Of a stretch of DNA of 64,000 nucleotides, positions 54,706-64,000 are shown one piece after another (the stretch's first letter is position 1; the number at the start of each line of letters is the position of its first letter). Position numbers and translations under genes: made by a program. This DNA comes from Selaginella moellendorffii (taxonomy: Eukaryota > Plantae > Lycopodiophyta). Location of the stretch: contig NW_003314305.1 in assembly GCF_000143415.4 (NCBI RefSeq), positions 371,709 to 435,708 of the forward strand. Reading direction: 5' to 3'. The notes under the pieces were generated by a model. The model was not told where the DNA came from. It did not search any database and worked only from the letters and a program-made list of their open reading frames with translations.

Positions 54706-57700
54706 CTCCAAAAGTTTGTCCCTTGAAAGCGCAAGCTCCGGTAGCGTCTACCAGATCGATCAACAAAGAAAACGAACTTAGTCATCTTGCATGAAGGAAC
54801 AACACAGAGTTGCAAGCTCCCCTCCTTAACGCTCCGTACAAACGCTAGCAACGAAGAGAAGTTCTAAGAGGCCGCAAGAAGAATCAGAAAAAGTGGACAG
54901 AGTACTCACTCTGGAGACTTCTTTGGAGCTCCTTTCCTGGATGGATATGGATTCTCCTTTCCCAGCAATTCCAAACGAACATCCCGCTTGATGTATAGTG
55001 ACCAACCACGACTCAGTGATCCCGGTGGCTCGGCCACACTTCACGACACTGCAGTCGTCTACACTGGCATTCTACATTGGAATCCGAGCTTGCGGCTGAA
55101 ACACTATCGTGCTTGCAAAGAATTCCAGTCAAAGAAAATGTAGAATAATACAACTAATATCTATCTCATCTTATGATGGTTACTCAGCTTTGTATAACTC
55201 TAGAACTCACTCTCACAACATTCCATCATGTTTTAAGTTTCTACTTAACTAAAATATGCTTGAATATTTTAGGACATTCTGCCATTCTTTATAATTTATA
55301 AACATTTTTGTAATAAGATTAATTTTTTTATACATTATAAACATGTTTATAATTTATAAACTTCCATTTGATCAATTGGATTAATAAATAGGAAAAACAC
55401 TACTTTTAAACAAACCAAGTGTTGTTACATGCAATATCAAGAACAACTATAATTACAAATATTTACCTTAAAAATATAAATCTAAAATTTATAAAAGAGC
55501 ATATCATAATTCTTTATATAAAACACAAGAAAAAAAATGTATTTTTGCATCATAAAAAGTTTTCTTCTTTGAAGAACTCCCTGGTGTGATTAATGATCTC
55601 ACTAATATTCTCAGTTTGGACCAATATATAAACATGAGTTACTTCATTTTAAAATATACTAAATTAACAATATATACATAGCTAGAAAACCAATAATATA
55701 CTAATGGATATGATTGAGAAAAATTAATTGCAACAATATATGAGAAGACTATGGAAATAGGTGATCAAAGTATCTAAATTAGAATATATTTTTAATAATA
55801 ATAATATTGAAACTAAATGACAAATCAATATAATTTAATTTGAATGAAATAATAGTTGATATAGATTAATATAAAATAATTATTTTAAAATACGGTAAGT
55901 TTACTAACTATTTCCTAGCATATGCTGCTCAGTTAGCAAACACTGTTTTGATTATCATAATTTTACTACATAGAAAACTAAATTGGAATAGTATCAAAAC
56001 AATATATATTCTCTTCCACTTTGAAAAAAAGAATTGAGAAAGTAATTATATATATGTGTTTCATTATAGAAAACTATCAAATTCCTTAAAAAGAATTATA
56101 AAAGCCAATGATATAGTGAGTTTCCATTGCAAAAAGTTGAGCATCAATACTAGTCACCACATTGCATATAACATGTGTAATAACACCTTCTTCTCTCACC
56201 CCACTAACATTACAAACATCATGTTCATCGCTAATGATTTTGAAGCTAAAAATACCTATAAAGTATTTATAATATTCTAATTTGATTTTTTCTACAAACT
56301 TCAAAAACATGTGCATGTGTTCAGTGATATAGACCATGCCTATCATGAGCTCAAACTGTCATGATTTGCTAAGGAGATGCCAAGTTGTATTTTCTATAGT
56401 CTCTAAGGAACTAAAGATAAAGATGTGTGCAAGATTGCACCCTTCACTATTATTTTGAAAATTCTTTACAATATGTCTTGGGACCACATATAGAAGCACT
56501 TGCACTATATCTTATTCATATATGGAAAGAACTTCAAAGTATGTTTTTCATAATCTTTTTCAATGGTTTATAATGCATGTTTTGTCAATAAGTGCATGGC
56601 CACTTCATCCCTAAAAACCCTTGAATAATCTCTATTTATTACAGCTGCCATGTTTGCAAAAAGTTTAGGATTGAGAAATAAATGTGAGATATTGGTTGAT
56701 GCCACCATTACAAAAACAAACAAATGAACATTTTTCCAAATATTTATATAGACCACATATATAGTCTTACTCTTGGCCAATTTCTAAAGATGTTCACTTT
56801 CCTTGGATGCTTGGGGCAATCAAATTTTTAGAGACAAAGAAGCTAGCAACAAGCCACTTTTTATTCTCGATTGATGCTGATCAAAGCTCCCAAAAGGTTA
56901 TTGTGTTCAAGGTTGATTAAAGTATTATACACTTTCTTTTTTTGTTCCACAGTGTGCTTTTATTTTCTATTTGTACAATATATTGTCTATAAACTTGCTA
57001 CATAGTTGTATTTGGGATCCATTATATTCACTTGGTGCTAGATTGCAACCTCAAAGTCTCTTAGAGGACTCTCCACCAAACTTTGACTTCACTTTCAGTG
57101 AGTTGAGCTCCATTTTGATTATCTCCATGACTTCCTATGTGATTGAACAGCAAAAAGTTTGAAGTGGAGGTAGAGCATGAATCTCCCCGAAACTCTTCTT
57201 CCTCTTGTATGTCGATTCCTTCTCGGCTATTGTGGTCATGGCATCAGCCACACTTAAGATAACACTTCCATGCCAAAACATCTCTAGAGTCACACAATCA
57301 CTTGTAAGTTCTAGAAATTTTAAGAAGAAAAACCAACAACTTTGATTTGTGAATAGCATTTGGACCCAGGATTTCATCAAGCAAAAAATATTCTAACTAT
57401 GAGCTCGAAATCTCCCCTAGGTGGCTCCACAAGTTCTTTAGCTCCTTTTGCTCATTAGTGAGTGTGGAGGAAGCTATAGACTGAAATCTCACCCCAAGAA
57501 GCAAACCATGTAAAAACTCTTCAGCATAGATGGACTCCCAAGATCGTCTGGTCTTTGTGGAGTTCTATCTCCTCCTTTTTAAACTAGAAAAGCCCTTGGC
57601 AAAGAGCTACTGGATTCATTGAAATCTTGACTATATGAGCTATTTGTAGAAGCAGATAATTGGAGAAGTTACTGTTGAGACAATGCATCCTCACTCCATT

Positions 57701-57849
57701 TTATACCATTCCCAAGATCTTCTCCCGATAGAGAGTTGCCTTGAACTAAGTGCTTTGCAAATGATGCTTGAGCTTGGTGCCAATGGTGAGCATGGAAGTG
57801 GGATGAGCTTGGAGTTGTAGTGTGCAATGAGCTCCTATGACTTCCTCAT

Positions 57850-60800
57850 TGTGAGAAATAAATCCTAGAGCCCCAAAAGTGGAGCCAAAAGGGTGTTATA
57901 TGGTAGTGGCTAAAGCAGAATCCAAACAAAAATAACATGTTTGGACTAAAAAACTCCGACTTGAAAAGTTGAAAGTGGGAGTGGAACTCCTAATGAAGTG
58001 CTTGAGGAATGAGTATGAAACAAGCAATAAATGAATCTCTAAAAAAAAGACACAAGAGGACAAACACATGACATGTGGAAGTGTCCAAAGTAAACCCAAG
58101 ATGGAATCTGAAATAGAATCTGAGGTGGACCTAGGATGGAGTTTGAAATAGACCAGAGATAGAATCCAAAATGGAGTCTGAGATGGACTCGAGATGGAGT
58201 CTAAGATGGACTTGAGATGGAGTTTAAGCTATTCAAACCCAAGGACGCTTAACCCCAAATATCCTAAGACCCTTAACCGATTAGAAAAGGGGGTGCACTC
58301 TTGTTCATGGGCCCTTTCCATCTATATTTGAACCCTTATAGATCATCTCTCGAATTGTTTCTTTTGGTTGTTTATAATTCACTATGCTTCCTTACAAGTT
58401 CACACCCTCGTGAATGGAAGCTGAAAGCTGCAGTTCTCTTGAGAGTCTCGCTCTCTTGACACTCTACCCCTTGGGTCAAGCTCAACTGAGAGCAAATTGA
58501 ACTTGCCAAATGTCAATCAACATGTGGTGTGATTCCCTCTATATTTGAACCCCTATGGATCATCTTTCAAGTTGTTTCCTTTGGTTGTTTACAATCCACT
58601 ATGCTTCCTTACAAGTTCACGCCCTCATGAAAGGAAATTGAGAGCTGTAGTTCTCTCGAGAGCCTCGCTCTCTTGACACCCTACCCCTTAAGTCAAGCTC
58701 AGCTGGGAGCAAACTAGACTTGTTAGATGTCAATCAATATGTGGTGTGATTCCCTTAGCCAACCAACAAAGTTGAACTCGAGACCTCTTTAATACTAAAT
58801 GTAAGCTCCTGAATTTGAATTTCCTGGGAGGTCACTGTAAGTGACTAAATTTTCCATTCTACTTTAGTCACTTAACCACACTTCTAACCACTTGGAGGAG
58901 TCTCACTCACAACCTTCGTAAGTCCTATTTTGGACTTAGGGGCTTGCTAGCCCCAAGAATGGCATCCATGCCACTCAACCATTGCACTTGGTCCAAGTGC
59001 TCCACGTGTCCGATCCCATGACCGACACCCCAAGGTACCACTGACATATCAGCCTGTTACGCTAAGGCCATGCCTATTCATTTTGGTCATACCAGTGGTT
59101 TGACACCACCTACATCACAGCCTTGTCTCTCAAAGACTGGGCCATCCGTCCATGAGTAATCATCCCAGATCCACTCCTTAGCATCCTTAAAATGCTCGCA
59201 AGCATGGGGAATAGCCTTCCCTAATATCCTTTTTCCGGTCCCCACCTAGTCCCTTTCTGCCTATGGCCATGTTCGCCAACATTGCCATTGGATCGAGGCC
59301 CATCGGCCTAACCACTAAGTTCCACAATCCTCTAGCACTTCCTCACCACCTGATTGTATCTTTGGTTACTACACTAGAGGACTATTCCTCTTCCTTTCCA
59401 TAGTCTGGACTTTTGGGACAATATTTCGGAACACTGTGGCCCTACGTGAGCCTTATGGGTACTTTCCCCGCCTTTCACCTTTGGGTGCTCTAGCCATGGG
59501 CTTAAAGTGAGGTTCTGTTGAGCCACGCAAGGTATCCAAGTAGGTAGTGCCACCCACACTTGGACTGGGAGCATCGACCATTCGATCTCCCGGGGGAACT
59601 AGAGCTGGCTCTTGAACACTTCACCAAGCTACCCCGCTTGACAGTCCATATTCACTCTAGTTTTGGACTTCCTAATGGTTATCCCATCACCTAACACCTG
59701 GGTACAGCCTTCTTGGGACAAACTAGCCTTTTTTGGCCAAACTAGCTCCACTAGAGTCTTCCCCCCATTATACTTTTGGAGCTCACCAAACCCCCTAGGG
59801 TCTAGGAGACGAATGCTTTGGGCTTTCACCCCCTCAGACTTGAACTCGAACTCGGACTCGGACTCAGACTCGCGCTAGGGCTCGGACTTGGACTCAGACT
59901 CAGGCTCGGGCTCGGTCTCGGTCTCGGCCTCGGTCTCGGTTTTGGTCTTGGTCTCGGTCCCGGTCTCGTTCTCGATCTCGACTTCGGACTCCATCTCGGA
60001 TTCCATCTCGGACTCCATCTCGGGTCCATCTCAAACTCCATCTCAGATCCATCTCAGACTCCATCTCGGATCCATCTCGGATCCATCTTGGACTCCATCT
60101 TGGACTCCATTTTGAACTCCATCTTGGGTCTATCTCGGACTCCATCTTAGGTCCATCTTGGACTTCATCTTGGTCCATCTTCTAGAGACTCATTTATTTC
60201 TTGCTTTGTGCTTGTTCTTCGGGCACTTCATTGGGAGTTCCACTCCCGCTCTCGACCTTTCAAGTCAGAGCCTTTTAGTCCAAATGTGTTATGTTCATTT
60301 GGCTTTCACTTCGGCCACTACCATGTGGCACCCTTTTGGCTCCACTTTGGGGTCTAGGGATTTTGTGTCTCATAGTCACCTAGCCTAGTATTATTTAAAC
60401 CTAAAGACACTTAACCCTAAATATCCAAAGACCCTTAACCGATTAGAAAAGAGGGTGCACTCTTGTTCATAGACCCTTTCCCTTTATATTTGAACCCCTA
60501 TGGATCATCTCTCGACTCGTTCCCTTTGGTTGCTTACAAAAACGGTCATCCCTCGGGGGGGGGGGGGGGCTGTAGGGGGTTTAGGTTGCAAGCAGAAGGT
60601 GGGGAGAGTACCTATGAAACTTGTGTAGAGCTATGGTGTTCCGAAATATTGTTTTAAAGTCCCAAATTGTGGAAAAAAAGAGGAGTAGTCCTCTAATGTA
60701 ATGACTAATGATACGGTCACATGGTAAGGAAGTCCTAGAGGATAGTGGGACTTAGTGGTTAAGCCTATGGGCCGTAACCTAGTGGTAATGTTGGCGAACA

Positions 60801-61225
60801 CGGCTATAAACATAAAAAGACTTGTAGGGATTGAAAAAGGGATATTAGGGAAGGTTATTTCCCATGTTTGTAGGCATCCTAAGGATGCTAAGGAGTGGAT
60901 CTGGGAAGATCACTCATAGACGGATGGCTCAGTCTTTGAAAGATAGGACTGGGATGTAGGTAGTGTTGGATCATCAGTGTGATAAAGGTGAATGGGCATG
61001 ATCTTAGTGTACCGGGCTCATACATTGATGGTACATCGGTTATGGGATCTAACACATAGAGCACTTAGACCAAGTGCAAAAGTTGAGTGGCATGAATGCC
61101 ATTCTTGGGGCTAATAAGTCCCTAAGTCTAGAATTAGACTTATGGAGGTTGTGAGTGAAATTCTTCTAAGTGGTCGAAGGTGTGGTTAAATGACTAAAGT
61201 AAAATGGAAAATTTAGTTGCTTACA
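57850..61225 (+). mobile_element. Older solo LTR of the 7050-14427 family (opposite orientation), interrupted by nested insertions
   Basis: TGTGAGA...CTTACA is the reverse complement of the family LTR. TSD CTCAT at 57845-57849 and 61226-61230. Confidence 0.8.
58836..60374 (-). mobile_element. Nested solo LTR of the same family
   Basis: TGTAAGTGACT...TGTGTCTCATA. TSD GTCAC at 58831-58835 and 60375-60379. Confidence 0.9.
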
Positions 61226-62917
61226 CTCATTTTATTGGGGGTTTGAATGATTCTTGAGTGGAGGAACCAATTTTGCAATTTCTTACTGTCACTCTATGGT
61301 GGTGCTAGAGATTCTTGAGCTATAACAACCGATCCGACATCCAAAGCAGCAAGAAACCTTGACATGTCGCTAATGCTGTGGAAATCCCAATCGCCCTTGA
61401 TCAAATCTATATAACTCTTCCTTCACATAACCCTAAATCTCATAATTAGGTTTTGGACTTGAGGGCACCACCAGGAATCAAAAGAACTCCCTTCTTATTT
61501 TTTGCCATATCATTTGAGCACATGCATTCCTTATGGTGCCTTATTTGCTTAATAGATGCAATCTAGTAACTGTAGTCTACATGGTTTTGAGACCCTAAAT
61601 TGGAGACACTAGCTGTTGTTGCCATCACAGAGAGATCCTAAATTAAGCAACTGATTAACCAAAAGTTAATCACAGTCATTGGCCTAACACTTTGCTTGTT
61701 TTTTGCCATGTCATCGAGCACATGCACAGATTTAATTTGTGAAATTGAACACCAGAATTATTTAAGAAATAACTATTAATTAATGAATATTTTATATCAT
61801 ATAGTAATTATTAGTCATAATAGCAATTTTTATGGCAAAAAACCTGTTTTACAGGTTAATTTTAAATAAGATTCACTAAAACTATAATCACATGTAAATG
61901 GACCAAGACAAAACTTTGTTCCCAAGGAATAACCTTTACTCTTTAGTTTGGAGTGAAGTTCATTCTTCTTCATAGTTTTTTTAATTTTCAATTGTACTCC
62001 AAATTAAGTTTGCTCCACCAGAGTGAAGTTTACTCCAACAAATGTACCTGGTCAAAGATAGTGAAACAGTTGGTCCATAGCATCCTCTTTGTGGGCAGTA
62101 AAGCCTTAAACGGACGCCCTTGACTTTGCTCTCAAGGGACCTCTCGTTTTGAATCATCAGCAGGAGGCTTGATCTTCGAAGCTATGTTTGCTCTTCACGA
62201 TGGTATAGATGATAAAAAAAAAATACAAAGATGAGAATACTCACTTCTGCAATGTCGAGGAGTTTCATCAGCTTGCTTTTCTTAGTTCTTAGCACTCGGT
62301 GCTCGATTTTCGCTAGCTCAAGCTTCTTCGTCTCCATGTCTTTGCCACAATTTCTTTGACTATAGAAATCTTGCTCCACTTTGATGACTGGCTGCTGAAT
62401 CACAAAGAGAAACGAAAAAATAGATTAGAGCTGTGAATCCACAACTCGCCCAAGCTGTGTATGAAATCGAAAGGCGTGGTGTACCATGTCTTTTTACGAC
62501 AACATTGAAGCTTCTGGCGAACAGCTTCCATGCAAAGCGTGAACTTGGTCAGGCCCAGGAATTGCATATGGGCGGGAAAGTTTAAAAACACAAGGGCTAA
62601 AGGTATTTAGAGTTAATTAAGCTAAACAACTGATAATAATGCAAACCTGTTTATCTTTTTCTCTTGTCAGTCCTTGTTTTGACGGAAAGGATATGTGAAA
62701 TCACTGGAAATCACCAACAGATCTTTCAGTTAAGGTGGGACGAATCGAAAAGAGCATGGAATGTTTGTTTTGGTGCTCCATTGATTATTGCGTTGGAACT
62801 GGCAGGTGTGTCACATAATCAAATCCAGGATCAAGTGAAAAAGGTAATAATATTTCATTTCAAAATGAAAGAGCTTAAAGAACACGATCAAAGCGAGAAA
62901 GGTAGCATGAAAAACTT

Positions 62918-64000
62918 TCACTTAACTGATTGTTCAAACCGGATGCGGCGGAGCAGATGTTCAAACCGGGGATCAACTTCAATCGCAAGAACCGAGCGCC
63001 CGGAATTCCATGCTGCTCGAACCATGGATCCGCAACCCGCAGTAGCATCAACCACTGCTCCATCCGGCGGGCAAAAGAGCTCTAACATTACTTGCATCGC
63101 AAACGGTGACCGGTAACGATATCCAGGATACAGCTCGGCCCTCAACTCGTCAACCACATTTGGTATAACGTCCGTGCCGCTGTCGTATCCAGGCAAAACT
63201 CTGGCAGCGCGATCGCAATCTCGTTTTCCCGTTCGCCCAGCTCGGCAAAGCGCGAAGTAAGTCCAGGCAAATACCTGCATTTTCAACTGTGAAATCCACG
63301 AACTTATCAACTTTTGTTGCTCTGTACCTTCAGCTTGTGACCATCACCTTGCAAAGTCTCGATGCCGATGTTGTTCACGAGGCAGCCAGTCGCAAACTCC
63401 GCAAATCGAAACGATTTCGCCACAGTTGCAAGCTCTCCTGCCCAGGTCGAAGATGGTGGAAGAATGAAAAGAACCGTGCCGGAGTCTGTGAGCAGCTCGT
63501 TTGCCACCTCCATGGCCTTGGAGATATGCTCGCTGGTGAGAACGTTCCATGGAGAGATTCTTCCATCGATCCAAGGGAGGCCGTCGGGCATGTCGAAGAA
63601 CACGAAGTCCACCAGATTGCAATGGAGGCCATCGAAGAGCATGAAGTAGCTCGCCAGAATGGGATCGTTTCCTCCTCTCAAATCTCCGATCCAGCGTCTA
63701 AATGCTCGACTCTCGAAGGAATGAGCTTCCAAGAGCTTCATGTAATCTCCTATCAAGACGGTAAATTTTGCGAGTGGGTTTTCACGAGAACTTGGATGAA
63801 CCTGGCACTCCAAGAATGAAAAACAGAGGACATAAACGAAGAACTAACCATCCTGTGTGAAGTTTTAGAGAAGTGTATGAAAGCTTGGGTTCTCTTGTTT
63901 ACCTCCAATCCTACTTATCAAGGGAATTAGAAAATAAGAAAATCTGTGTAAGTTACGTACCTGTGCCAAGGTCACGAGATTTGGGACGACATTTTTTCTG
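62918..64000 (-). CDS. Beta-class (permuted) N6A/N4C DNA methyltransferase-like protein; 5' part probably extends beyond the window
   Basis: FTVLIGDY, VDFVFFDMPDG (motif IV position), ANELLTDSGTVLF, then a phase-0 intron at 63275-63327, then RSPFAMQVMLELFCPPDGAVVDATAGCGSMVRAAWNSGRSVLAIEVDP (motifs X-I-II). Confidence 0.75.

Noticed and set aside
49458-55362. About 27-bp inverted match (49458-49485 versus 55335-55362) as the TIRs of a DNA transposon
   Set aside because: Very AT-rich low-complexity sequence with no TSD or defined ends.
55900-57800. Possible decayed gene or transposase; similar fragments at 16200-16600, 34400-35050 and 62040-62590
   Set aside because: No recognisable motifs, so no call can be supported without a search.
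63289-63819. 176-aa plus-strand ORF
   Set aside because: Antisense shadow of the MTase-like exon.

Overview
Eukaryotic plant DNA. The very short (42-75 nt) introns, PLS-type PPR debris, RD21-like protease and LTR families suggest a lycophyte such as Selaginella (inference). The host-gene block has an RD21-like papain-granulin protease, an uncharacterised coiled-coil/TFxP-repeat gene, an ABCC/MRP transporter and a TRAF-type Zn-finger gene. It sits among LTR retroelements: a young non-autonomous element, a decayed chromovirus, a full-length TSD-flanked non-chromovirus Ty3/Gypsy with extra 5' and 3' ORFs, and nested solo LTRs. The most striking region is 1-7050. One spliced gene of at least 1636 aa joins a ParB/Srx-like domain, a degenerate beta-class DNA amino-methyltransferase fold, an acidic/repeat linker and a HAD (FCP1/NIF-type) phosphatase. 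It is studded with 13 copies of a 24-bp palindrome (AATGGCRTG-N6-CAYGCCATT), several inside its own tiny introns, and ends in hairpins exactly where a neighbouring LTR is truncated. This is a candidate novel ParB/parS-like mobile or self-regulating unit. The window also holds an intronless Fic-domain gene and a second bacterial-type N6/N4 methyltransferase-like gene (DMPD in place of DPPY) with a broken duplicate. All domain calls are by-eye motif recognition, not database searches.
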